This document shows positions 12,853 through 23,924 of a stretch of 64,000 nucleotides of DNA, one piece after another. Positions within the stretch are counted from its first letter, which is position 1; the number at the start of each line of letters is the position of its first letter. The DNA is taken from the NCBI GenBank assembly GCA_964016885.1, contig OZ024763.1:2046001-2110000 (forward strand), written 5' to 3'. The position numbers and the translations under genes are program-made. The notes beneath the pieces were generated by a model. That model did no database searches. It was not told the origin of the DNA and worked only from the letters and a program-made list of their open reading frames with translations. Source of the stretch: Eledone cirrhosa. Taxonomy: Eukaryota.

Positions 12853-13140
12853 TTAACCCTTTAGTGTTCAAACCGGCCAAAACCGGCCAGAATTCTCTAC
12901 CTTTTTCTGTTGAAACTGGCTGTAACTGGTCACTCAAACTGATGTTAAGGTATTGTTCTCAAAATAAATACTTTCAAAATCTCATAGATTCGGTATTATG
13001 TGAGATAAAGCATTTACCATGAATATATAATAGTTTCTACTTTAGGCACAAGGCCAGCGATTACCCAGAGTGTATTACTGGTACCATGAATATATAATAG
13101 TATATATATATATATAGTAATGTGAATGCTAAAGGGTTAA
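12853..13140 (+). mobile_element. piggyBac-like MITE (family M2) with a short SINE-B fragment inside
   Basis: TTAA-CCCTTTAG ... CTAAAGGG-TTAA. Homologous to 15386-15570, 21676-23201 and 41471-43906. Confidence 0.75.
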
Positions 13141-13262
13141 TATTTAGTCAAACATCCTTCCTTTTCATCCCATCCTTATATTTGTGAGTCGGAGGTTGTG
13201 GATTTATGGACCAGCACTCTCCATCTTTCCTCTCCCTTGCCTTTATGTCCGTTTTTCAATAT

Positions 13263-13470
13263 TTGCAGTATCGGTAGAGGGTCGGACGCAATGCTTTGCA
13301 GCATTGAGTTACGGCCCTTTATGATCTGAGTTCAAATCAAGCCGAGGTTAACTTTGCCTTTCATCCCTACAGGATCGATAAAATAAAGTACCAGTCATGC
13401 ACTGGGGTCAATTTAATTGACTTTCCCCTCCACAAAATTGCTTATCTTGAGCCTATATAAGAAACCAATA
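13263..13470 (+). mobile_element. SINE family B copy
   Basis: Family B head, B-box and body. Confidence 0.8.
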
Positions 13471-13483
13471 TTTGTATAGGTGA

Positions 13484-13543
<60 letters not shown>

Positions 13544-13582
13544 GATATTAACAAATGGAAACTATATTTATAAAACCATATT

Positions 13583-13647
13583 TATTTCATTATACATATT
13601 TCAAGGACACCAAGTTAAATTATGGTGTGCTTTCATCAGATAAAATA
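13583..13647 (-). ncRNA. Hammerhead ribozyme motif (P1) within the Penelope-like fragment 13540-13720
   Basis: Minus strand reads TATTTTAT-CTGATGA-AAGCACACCA..TGGTGTCCTT-GAAA-TATGTA-TA-ATGAAATA. Confidence 0.7.
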
Positions 13648-13847
13648 TAATATAGAGCAGTTTTATAAATAAATATTGACATACCCTTAAAGAATGCAAC
13701 CATTACTGTTGGAAGCTCCCGTATATATACACATATATGTATGTATATATATATATATGAATGTATACATATGAATATATATATATATGTGTGTGTGTAT
13801 AAATGTATGTATATGTATGTATAAATATGTATATATGTGTTTGTATA

Positions 13848-14217
13848 TCATCATCTTCCACACTAGCATGGGTTAGACGAGTTGTCCTGTTGTAGGCAAT
13901 GCCAGGTCGGCTGACCTTGTCTTGCTCATACGGGAACTGATTCTGGCTTGATTTCTACAGCTGGATGCCCTTCCTAACACCAACCTCATTTACAGTGAGT
14001 GCTGGGTGTTTTTTTGCTGTGGCACCTCCACGACCACTTTGCAGTGGAATAATAGGGACCCCAGTCCCTATCATCTCATTTCTACAGCTGAGTAAACTGG
14101 AGCAATGTGAAATAAAGTGCCTTGCTCAAGGAAACAACACATCACCCGGTCTGAGAATTGAACTTACAACCTTTCGATTGCAAGGCCAATGCTCTAACCA
14201 CTAAGCCATGTGCCTCC
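13848..14217 (-). mobile_element. Full-length SINE family A
   Basis: Near-identical reverse complement of 6917-7200, with an alternative RTE-like tail. Confidence 0.85.
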
Positions 14218-14248
14218 ATATGTGTGTGTATATATGTGTATATATATG

Positions 14249-14283
<35 letters not shown>

Positions 14284-14613
14284 ATGTGTATGTATGCATA
14301 TATATATATATATATGTGTATTTGTGTGTGTGTATATATATATACACACACATAAATATTTTACATGGTTTGTCCTGCCTGTATATGTAAAGTAAGCAGA
14401 TCAATTTAGTTGAAAGTAGCACAAAATGGCCAGCCCTAAGTAGCAGCTGTTGAAAGTTCTCATTAAGTTTAGCTGGACAAAACACAGCCAGTTGTTGTCA
14501 GTAGTTGTACAATTATTATATTTAACTAGCAACCACCCACTCCCTGTTAAACTGGGGGTACTACCTCTGTTTGTTATTATGTCATCACCATATTGTTGAA
14601 GTATGCTTTAAAC

Positions 14614-14738
14614 CAATAATGGGCAACCTGTGACCCGCGAAACTTTCTGAATGGCTCGCCTTAGTCACCTTAGTGAAATATTTCTTATTTTTTTACCCCA
14701 ACTTTTCAGTCGTAATTTATCTTTCTATCATTTTTACG

Positions 14739-14772
<34 letters not shown>

Positions 14773-15322
14773 CCATCATCATCACCGTTTTACGTCCGTT
14801 CTTCCACGCTAGCATGGGTTAGACGGGTTGTCCTGTTGTGGGCAGTGTCTGGTCGGCTGACCATGCCTTGCTCATACAGGAACTGATTTGGCTTGATTTC
14901 TACAGCTGGATGCCCTTCCTAACACCAACCTCATTTACAGTGAGTGCTGGGTGCTTTTTCGTGGCGCCTACACGTCCACTCTACAGTGTGGACTGGGTGC
15001 TGTTTTGCCGTGGCACCTCCACGACCACCTTGCAGTGGGAGGGTGTGGGGGCATATTGTCTATATGCTTCAGCTTGTAACCATGGGAGGTCAGGTACTCT
15101 GTATTACTGCGTGACGCCAGAGGTCACGGTCGTGTGTCATCACCTTTGAGAGGTGTAATTGGGTAAGATCGAGGAAAACAATGTGTACGAATTCTGAAGA
15201 AACAAATAAAAAGAACCTGAGTTACCACCCTTTTTTTAGAATGTAAATTAGCACTTGCGGCCCACCTGGTGATGAACCATATCTCGTGCGGCCCGCTTCT
15301 CAAAAAAGGTTGCCCATGCCTG
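14614..15322. mobile_element. hAT-type MITE with 8-bp TSD and a nested headless SINE-A (14740-15150, -)
   Basis: TIRs CAATAATGGGCAACC / GGTTGCCCATGCCTG. TSD CTTTAAAC at 14606-14613 and 15323-15330. Confidence 0.8.
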
Positions 15323-15385
15323 CTTTAAACTATTTATCTAACTTTCACATACATACATACACACAAACACACAATCTCTCTATTT

Positions 15386-15570
15386 CTCACTGTATTACTC
15401 TATATTTACTAACACTTTACCTCACATAATATCGAATCTGAGATTTTGATATTATTTAATTTCAGAACAATACCTTAACATAAGTATGAGTGGCCAGTTA
15501 TGGCCGGTTTGAACAGATAGAGGTGAGAGAATTCTGGCCGGATACGGCTGACTTAATTGCTAAAGGGTCA
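15386..15570 (-). mobile_element. Partial MITE M2 copy
   Basis: Reverse complement of 12857-13020, ending GCTAAAGGGT. Confidence 0.7.
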
Positions 15571-15644
15571 AACTATCCATCTATCTATCTTTCATACACA
15601 CACCCGCGCAACATTCTCTCTCTCTCTACCTCTCATTGTATTTA

Positions 15645-15975
15645 GTAAATACTCTATATTTAGAGTAAATATAGAGTAAATACTCTATATTTAGAGTAAA
15701 TATAGAGTAAATACTCTATATTTAGAGTAAATATAGAGTAAATACTCTATATTTAGAGTAAATATAGAGTAAATACTCTATATTTAGAGAAAAAATAGAG
15801 TAAATACTCTATATTTAGAGTAAATATAGAGTACATACTCTAAATATAGAGTAAATACTCTATATTTAGAGTAAATATAGAGTAAATACTCTATATTTAG
15901 AGTAAATATAGAGTAAATACTCTATATTTAGAGTAAATATAGAGTAAATACTCCATATTTAGAGAAAAAATAGAG
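15645..15975. repeat. 31-bp hairpin-forming minisatellite (~10 copies)
   Basis: Each unit contains AAATATAGAGTA-AA-TACTCTATATTT, a perfect 12-bp stem. Confidence 0.9.
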
Positions 15976-16182
15976 ATTTTGGTTCTGCTTGATTAAGTCT
16001 GATGAACAGATTGAGGCTGGAATCGGGTCTATAACATTGATATGGGTAGGCAATCTGTACACAGGAGAAACTACAAGACTAACGAAACCCAAGCTTGGCC
16101 TTAAATATAGAAAATATTTGTTTCTACTATGGTATTGAGTACTTAATATCACAACTATTATTACTTAATGAATATACACATG

Positions 16183-16225
<43 letters not shown>

Positions 16226-16301
16226 GTAGGTCCCGGGTTGAGTCGGGGATAACCACAGTAAGTAAGGTACTCAATACATGGCAGAGTAAAATTTTTTATT
16301 T

Positions 16302-16410
16302 TATAGAAGGAGCTTCTACAGGACTAGTACTGTTTCATTCAGATGAAATCTTCAGGAAGCTTCCTGAAGATTTCATCTGAATGAAACAGTACTAGTCCTG
16401 TAGAAGCTCC

Positions 16411-16417
<7 letters not shown>
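16302..16417. repeat. Perfect 116-bp palindrome in a Penelope-like P2 module (16224-16417)
   Basis: Centre AAG|CTT at 16359/16360. The arms match over 58 bp each. Confidence 0.9.
16358..16408 (+). ncRNA. Hammerhead ribozyme motif (P2), identical copy on the minus strand at 16311-16361
   Basis: AGCTTC-CTGAAGA-TTTC(ATCT)GAAT-GAAA-CAG(tactagtc)CTG-TA-GAAGCT. Confidence 0.7.
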
Positions 16418-16448
<31 letters not shown>

Positions 16449-16449
<1 letters not shown>

Positions 16450-16632
16450 GCAATTGTGAGGTTGTGAGTTCGATTCCCAGACCAGGTGATGCACTATGTC
16501 CTTGAGCAAGACACTTTATTTCACGTTGCTCCTTCTACCTGGAGTTGCGACCGATAGATAGTATTAGCAATTGGAAAGACCAATAGAAACATTGTTTCCT
16601 CAGTCCGATTTAACGAAAGTCAATTGACTGTC
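16449..16632 (+). mobile_element. 5'-truncated CORE-SINE variant A2 (different 3' module)
   Basis: B-box GAGTTCGATTC and the start of CORE, then a tail shared with 30546-30760. Confidence 0.75.
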
Positions 16633-16907
16633 GATATATAAAATATTTTTAATACTTCTCTGAGTGGATTATTGATTAATCAATTTATTGATATATCCTA
16701 TCCTTTCATTAAGATGTTTACGTATTAGAGACAGTTACTTTATGAGATTGTAAATTGAATATATATGTATGTGTGTGTGTGTGTGTGTGTGTATGTGTGT
16801 GTGTGTGTGTGTGCAAAATGGCTTACTAAACACAGTTGCTCTCTTTTTTTCTACAATTTCTTCCCTTTTTTTACTTTTGTCCAACGTTCTATTCCTTCTT
16901 CTTCTCT

Positions 16908-16941
16908 CTTCTGATGAAGTACTAGTGTCTGAAACATTAAG
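16908..16941 (+). ncRNA. Degenerate hammerhead motif (family P5)
   Basis: CTT-CTGATGA-AGTACTAGTGTCT-GAAA-CA-TT-AAG. The downstream sequence matches the 30990 copy. Confidence 0.4.
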
Positions 16942-17044
16942 TCTCTTTCCCACTATATCAAGTGCTAATATCTATCTTCTTTGCATTGCATTGTTCCTCT
17001 TTGTTGTTCTTATACAATGTTTCGCATATATATATATATATACA

Positions 17045-17221
17045 CACTGTAAACGTGGTTGGTGTTAGGAAGGGCATCCAGCCGTAGAAAACCTGCCAGA
17101 TGCAGTCCTATACGAACGAGACACGGTGACCCTTAACAATCTTGCCTTAAGTGGAACAATCCTTTCTAACCCATGCTAGCGAGGAAGATGGACGTTAAAT
17201 GATAATGATGATTATGATGAC
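17045..17221 (+). mobile_element. Headless RTE-tailed SINE fragment (source family of the 113-bp array)
   Basis: GGTTGGTGTTAGGAAGGGCATCCAGCCGTAGAAA ... ACGAACGAGACACGG ... CCCATGCTAGC followed by (GAT)n. Confidence 0.8.
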
Positions 17222-17242
17222 ACACATATACACATTATATAT

Positions 17243-17382
17243 AGAGTTACGGCCCTTTATGTTCTGAGTTCAAATCTTGCCGAGGTTAACTTTGCCTTTC
17301 ATCCTTACGGAGGTCGATAAAATAAAGTACCAGTAATGTACTGGGGTAATTGCTGGCCTTGTGCCAAAAGTAGAAACAATTA
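17243..17382 (+). mobile_element. 5'-truncated SINE family B
   Basis: B-box, body and tail. Confidence 0.8.
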
Positions 17383-17487
17383 TATATATATACATGCACA
17401 TACACTCATATATTTATACTCACTCATATATATATATATATATATACATATAATATAAGATCAAAAGATGGTTAAAAGAGTTCCAAG

Positions 17488-17558
17488 TATTTTATTATGC
17501 GCATTTCAAAAACAAATATCATCATGAGATGACATTTGCGTTTTCATCAGATAAAATA
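17488..17558 (-). ncRNA. Hammerhead ribozyme motif (family P3) between 31-bp inverted repeats (about 17450-17480 and 17620-17650)
   Basis: Minus strand reads TATTTTAT-CTGATGA-AAAC GCAAATGTCATC(tcat)GATGATATTTGT TTTT-GAAA-TGCGCA-TA-ATAAAATA. Stem I is 8 bp and stem III is palindromic. Confidence 0.8.
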
Positions 17559-17847
17559 GGGAGACATGATATAAAGAGCTTAAAAAACACTTGTGAATAG
17601 TGCAGTTTTAAATCAACATCTCTTTTAACCATCTTTTGATCTTATATTATTTATACTCCAGTCCTACAAACTGTAGAGTGCTACTTATCCGCTATCTGCA
17701 TTGCTTTATTGTACTACATATATATAAATATATATATATATCATCGTTTAATGTCTATTTTCCATGTTAGCAATATATATATATATATATATATATAAAA
17801 TAAAGTTAAATAAAAAGTCAAATGTTTAAAATTTAGCTTCGTTTATT

Positions 17848-17902
17848 ACTGCTATATATATTTCAGTGACAGCCATCTTTGGCTGTGACCTCTTCAGGCA
17901 GT
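17848..17902 (-). ncRNA. Hammerhead ribozyme motif
   Basis: Minus strand reads ACTGC-CTGAAGA-GGTCACAGCCA(aaga)TGGCTGTCACT-GAAA-TATATA-TA-GCAGT. Confidence 0.8.
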
Positions 17903-18032
17903 CTGAATTAGTGTGGTATAGACAAGTACATATGTTGTTGGGGTGTATAATATTGTCAATACTCTGATATGCCCAGTTCCTGGTTGGGTTGTTATTTCAC
18001 TGAGGAACTGGAATCATATATATATATGTATC

Positions 18033-18066
<34 letters not shown>

Positions 18067-18077
18067 GTATATGTATG

Positions 18078-18109
<32 letters not shown>

Positions 18110-18524
18110 TATGTATATATATATGTATATGTATATATGTATATATATATATGTATATGTATATATGTATATGTATATATGTATACATGTATATATGTAT
18201 ATATATATATGTATATATATATATATGTATATTGCTCACAATGTATATATATATATACATATATAATATATAATATATATATATATGTGTGTGTGTATAT
18301 ATATACACATATTAGTTTAAATTCCATTTCTCATTTTGTTAGCTTTCACATTAACTATGTACACAGGAACCCCACATCTGACAAGAAAGGGGGCAGTATA
18401 GGGAGGAGGCTGAGAAGAGGGTCTCCCCCTCTCTCTCCCTCTTTACACTCCGCCCATGATCTCTCACACATTCACACAACACACACACATTCACACTCTC
18501 ACTCAGTCACACACACTCAAACAG

Positions 18525-18561
<37 letters not shown>

Positions 18562-18616
18562 CATATATATGTGTGTGTGTGAATAATATGTGTATAACTA
18601 TCACACATTCACTCAG

Positions 18617-18651
<35 letters not shown>

Positions 18652-19066
18652 TATGAGTGTGTGTGTGAATTATATGTATGTATAACTCACACACACACAT
18701 TCACACACACACATACACACTCACACTCACACAGTACACTTACATCCATACACACACAATTACCATATCTCCTTATTAACCTCACTGTACCATTTACTAA
18801 TGTTCCATACTTCATATTTTACGATGTTTCTGTTTATCTGAAGTTTGTGTCATATTTTTAATGGTGGGTCCCAGTATTTCATCTATTTGGTAATGTTGTC
18901 TGGCAGATAACCGTTTGAAGAATCTTACTGTATTGTAGACGAGGAGGGGGCTACTGTGGAATGATGGAATGGTGGAATGCCTCCACCTCTCATCACAGTT
19001 TCATGGTCTAGCAACATTATCATAGCATAAACACTATGTGTGTATATATATATATATATATCTATA

Positions 19067-19384
19067 TATCATCATCATCATTTTACGTCCACTTTTCCCT
19101 GCTTGCAAGGGTGGGACGGGACCTATTCAGCACAGCATCTCTCCACTTGTCACGGTCCTTTGTCATCTCCACCGTGAGCTTCAGCGATCTGTGGTGTGCT
19201 CTCACCACCTCTGCCCATCTTGTTCGTGGTCTTCCTCCACCACGTCTTCCTCCAACTGGCATTTCCTGGCACTTCTTCACCCATCGGTCATCCTCCATGC
19301 GCATCACATGTCCATACCATCGCAGTCTTCTCTCTTGCACACTACATTCTATCTCTCTCGGACACAGTTTCTCTCTCAACACAT

Positions 19385-19388
<4 letters not shown>
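19067..19388 (-). mobile_element. RTE-clade LINE 3' fragment
   Basis: Translation VQERRLRWYGHVMRM...GRRGGGRPRTRW...DRDKWR, followed by a (GAT)n tail. Confidence 0.9.
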
Positions 19389-19441
<53 letters not shown>

Positions 19442-19517
19442 AAAGTTTTATTTAAAATTGTTGGGTTACAACAAGTAAATATTTTATAACTGATATAAAG
19501 CACTCGACAAGTTTTGG

Positions 19518-19845
19518 ATATACGATATTAAACAAATGGAAACTATATTTATAAAACCATATTTATTTCATTATACATATTTCGGGGATACCATATTAAA
19601 AATATGGCATGCCTTCTTCAGATAAAATACAATATATAAACAGTTTTATAAATAATTTTGACGTACCATAAATATTGACATAAAGGTTGCTCAATATTTA
19701 TGGTACGTCAAAATTATTTATAAAACTGTTTATATATTGTATTTTATCTGAAGAAGGCATGCCATATTTTTAATATGGTATCCCCGAAATATGTATAATG
19801 AAATAAATATGGTTTTATAAATATAGTTTCCATTTGTTTAATATC

Positions 19846-19851
<6 letters not shown>
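19518..19851. repeat. Fold-back inverted repeat (161-bp arms, 12-nt spacer) of a P1-related module
   Basis: 19518-19678 is the reverse complement of 19691-19851. Confidence 0.9.
19740..19805 (+). ncRNA. Hammerhead ribozyme motif (P1 subfamily), mirror copy at 19564-19629 (-)
   Basis: TATTTTAT-CTGAAGA-AGGCATGCCATATT(ttt)AATATGGTATCCCC-GAAA-TATGTA-TA-ATGAAATA. Confidence 0.7.
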
Positions 19852-19931
<80 letters not shown>

Positions 19932-20758
19932 GGAATAAGTACAAAGACCATTATCATAGAATAAACACTGTGTGTGTGTGGGATAACTCCGACATAAAAC
20001 CTGCGGCTCAATGGTTACCGATGATGTTGATATTTCTTCTTTTCGGGTCATAGTTACTGTTGCTCAGAGAGTGGGATTGACTCAGTGCACAGTCTTTCCT
20101 AACTTTTAAAAAAATCGTCACTCACAAGCATTGCACGATAGAATTAATTAATAATTATTAATAATGTTATATCATGCAATGGCCATACTCGATAATGAGG
20201 GGCAGCTATCATGTATATATAGTTTAGGGATTGTAACGTGAAGTTACTGTAGGTTCACCAAATTGAACACTCGATGCATAGTTTCCAATATGTACTTTGG
20301 GGTTGTACTAAGATCGGTAGAGGGTCGGACGCCATGCTTTCCAGCACAGAGTTTCGCCCCGTTACGGTCTGTAATACACTGAGAAAATTGCTGGTCTTGT
20401 GCCAAAAGTAGAAACAATTATTATTATTATATATATATATATATATAAATCATCGTTTAATGTCCATCTTCCACGCTGGCATGGGTTTGGTGTGACATCT
20501 ACACGACCATGTTACAGTGTGGGCTGGATGCTTTTTTGTCGCGACACCTACCCCACCATGTTACATTGTAGGCTGGGTGCTTTTTGTCATGACACTTACA
20601 TGATCACTTTAAGCCAGTTACCAGTTTAGATGGGGTGGAGGTTTAGATATTACATATGGATTTGGTCTAATAACCAACTTCGATAAGGTGGAGTTGTAGA
20701 TATTACATCTGGTGTGGTCCTATCGACCTACGTAGATGAGAAGGAAGTATAGATATCA

Positions 20759-21290
20759 CATCTGGACTGGGCCTACTTCCAGTTTAGATGGGCTAAAAGT
20801 GTTATGTATTTCATCTGGACTGGGCCTACTTCCAGTTTAGATGGGCTAAAAGTGTATGTATTTCATCTGGACTGGGCCTACTTCCAGTTTAGATGGGCTA
20901 AAAGTGTTATGTATTTCATCTGGACTGGGCCTACTTCCAGTTTAGATGGGCTAAAAGTGTATGTATTTCATCTGGACTGGGCCTACTTCCAGTTTAGATG
21001 GGCTAAAAGTGTATGTATTTCATCTGGACTGGGCCTACTTCCAGTTTAGATGGGCTAAAAGTGTATGTATTTCATCTGGACTGGGCCTACTTCCAGTTTA
21101 GATGGGCTAAAAGTGTATGTATTTCATCTGGACTGGGCCTACTTCCAGTTTAGATGGGCTAAAAGTGTATGTATTTCATCTGGACTGGGCCTACTTCCAG
21201 TTTAGATGGGCTAAAAGTGTATGTATTTCATCTGAACTGGGCCTACTTCCAGTTTAGATGGGCTAAAAGTGTATGTATTTCATCTGGACT
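20759..21290 (+). repeat. 52-53 bp minisatellite (~10 copies) with an internal hairpin
   Basis: Unit CATCTGGACTGGGCCTACTTCCAGTTTAGATGGGCTAAAAGTGTATGTATTT, with diverged units on both flanks. Confidence 0.92.
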
Positions 21291-21675
21291 GGACTGGCTC
21301 AATTTCTAGTTTAGATTTGTTAAAAGTGTACAACTTAAATCTGGATCTGTTCTGGGTCTGTTTACCGGCTGTGTCTTAGGGACATTGAACTCTCAGAGCA
21401 CCCAATCTATTTCTATGACTAACAGTAATAACAGTTGATGATTAAAATCTTAGATCGAGTTGATGGTTTACTAGAAGAGATAGTGTTCTACGTTTGATGT
21501 GATATTTACTTATTTACTCAGTGACAGGAATGTTACCCAGAGTTTTACATGATGTAGGTGCTGGCTTCATGGAGAAATCTTAAGAATTCCATCTATAGGA
21601 GCCAGCACAACTTAGTGGTTAAGGAATTTGTTTTGGAACCGTGTGGTTTCGGCAGTGATCTACTTAAGTTATACC

Positions 21676-23201
21676 TTAACCCTTTAGCATTTAAACCAGC
21701 CATATCCGACCAGAATTCTCTAAACCCCTTCTGCTCAAACCAGCTGTAACTGGCCACTCATACTGAGAATAAGGTATTGTTCTCAAAATAAATAACATCA
21801 AAATCTTGTACATTCAATATTATGTTTCGGAAACATTTTTTCACACTCAGAGTTGCTGAAGCATGGAACAAACTCCCTGCATCAGTTGTTAACTGTTGAG
21901 ACACTGCATCCTTTAAAACCTCCATGGAACAAACTCCCTGCATCAGTTGTTAGCTGTCGAGACACTGCATCCTTTAAAACCTCCATGGAACAAACTCCCT
22001 GCATCAGTTGTTAGCTGTCGAGACACTGCATCCTTTAAAACCTCCATGGAACAAACTACCTTCATCAGTTGTTAGCTGTCGAGACACTGCATCCTTTAAA
22101 ACCTCCATGGAACAAACTACCTGCATCAGTTGTTAGCTGTCAAGACACTGCATCCTTTAAAACCTCCATGGAACAAACTACCTGCATCAGTTGTTAGCTG
22201 TCAAGACACTGCATCCTTTAAAACCTCCATGGAACAAACTACCTGCATCAGTTGTTAGCTGTTGAGACACTGCATCTTTTAAAACCTCCATCGAACAAAC
22301 TACCTACATCAGTTGTTAGCTGTCGAGACACTGCATCCTTTAAAACCTCCATGGAACAAACTACCTGCATCAGTTGTTAGCTGTTGAGACACTGCATCCT
22401 TTAAAACCTCCATGGAACAAACTACCTGCATCAGTTGTTAGCTGTCAAGACACTGCATCCTTTAAAACCTCCATGGAACAAACTACCTGCATCAGTTGTT
22501 AGCTGTTGAGACACTGCATCTTTTAAAACCTCCATGGAACAAACTACCTACATCAGTTGTTAGCTGTCGAGACTCTGCATCCTTTAAAACCTCCATGGAA
22601 CAAACTACCTGCATCAGTTGTTAGCTGTTGAGACACTGCATCCTTTAAAACCTCCATGGAACAAACTACCTGCATCAGTTGTTAGCTGTCAAGACACTGC
22701 ATCCTTTAAAACCTCCATCGAACAAACTACCTGCATCAGTTGTTAGCTGTCGAGACACTACATCCTTTAAAACCTCTATGGAACAAACTACCTGCATCAG
22801 TTGTTAGCTGTCGAGACACTGCATCCTTTAAAACCTCCATGCTTCCTGAGATTCGCCAACACTACACCTGATATCTCCCCCTCCATACACACGCACACAT
22901 GTATTTCTTGACTCATACACTGTTCATTTTCCTGACATTTGTACATTAGTCTATGTACTATACATGCACCTTTGATGAGTTGTAGTGCACCTGAGCACTG
23001 TACACAATAATTTCATTATTATTATGTGTTCATCCTTACGGGGTCGATAAAATAAAGTACCAGTAATGCACTGTGTAATTGCTGGCCTTGTCCCTAAAGT
23101 AGAAACAATTATTATATTATGTGAGATAGTTATATGAGGTAAAGTGTTAACTGCCAAAAGGCAATAGTATATATAGAGTAATGTAAATGGTAAAGGGTTA
23201 A
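21676..23201 (+). mobile_element. piggyBac-like MITE M2 with nested CR1 and SINE-B fragments
   Basis: TTAA-CCCTTTAGCATT at 21676 and GGTAAAGGG-TTAA ending at 23201. The M2 sequence resumes after about 23110, and ATATTATGT occurs on both sides of the insert. Confidence 0.75.
21825..23024 (+). mobile_element. CR1-like LINE 3' end with an internal 61-bp tandem amplification (~16 copies, 21862-22840)
   Basis: Translation FRKHFFTLRVAEAWNKLPASVV...ASFK matches the CR1 ORF2 C-terminus. The 3' UTR and (ATT)n tail are shared with 40826-41090 and 27180-27310. Confidence 0.85.
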
Positions 23202-23580
23202 GGTCACTTACTGGAGGGCTTGACTTATTTATAAGCTATATAAGCTATAGCTTAAGATCACACTCAGCCTTGGGGCCCTCATTTCTAAAAATGTATATTT
23301 ATTTTATCATTAGTTTTTATTCTTTAACACTAAAAAAATCATACATATATATATACATATATATGTGTGTGTGTGTGTATATATGTATGTATATATATAT
23401 ATGTATGCATGTATATATTATATGTGTGTGTGTATATATGTATGTATATAGTTAAATATTAGACAGGAACAAAAAACAGAGAGGCAGCCCAAATGGTAGT
23501 TTACCAGGTTCACGCTTTTGAGAGTGGTGATGTATGCATGTATATATGTATGTGTATATATATATATATATGTATGTATA

Positions 23581-23628
<48 letters not shown>

Positions 23629-23737
23629 CAGGATGCCGATTTCTTGGCCTGTACGGGAGGTCTGCAGCCCCATTTCAGTACTTAAGTGGTATTTGTAGAC
23701 CCACCAAACCCTCGCTAGCAGGGGAAGCAGACGTTAA

Positions 23738-23769
<32 letters not shown>

Positions 23770-23780
23770 ATGTAACCACA

Positions 23781-23823
<43 letters not shown>

Positions 23824-23924
23824 GCATATATAATGATCCGACTTAACTAAGTTGACATTTGTTTGAGTGAGAGCGGACTCAAAGGAAACTTAGTAAAGTG
23901 TTAGATTGACGTTCTTATTAGTAA

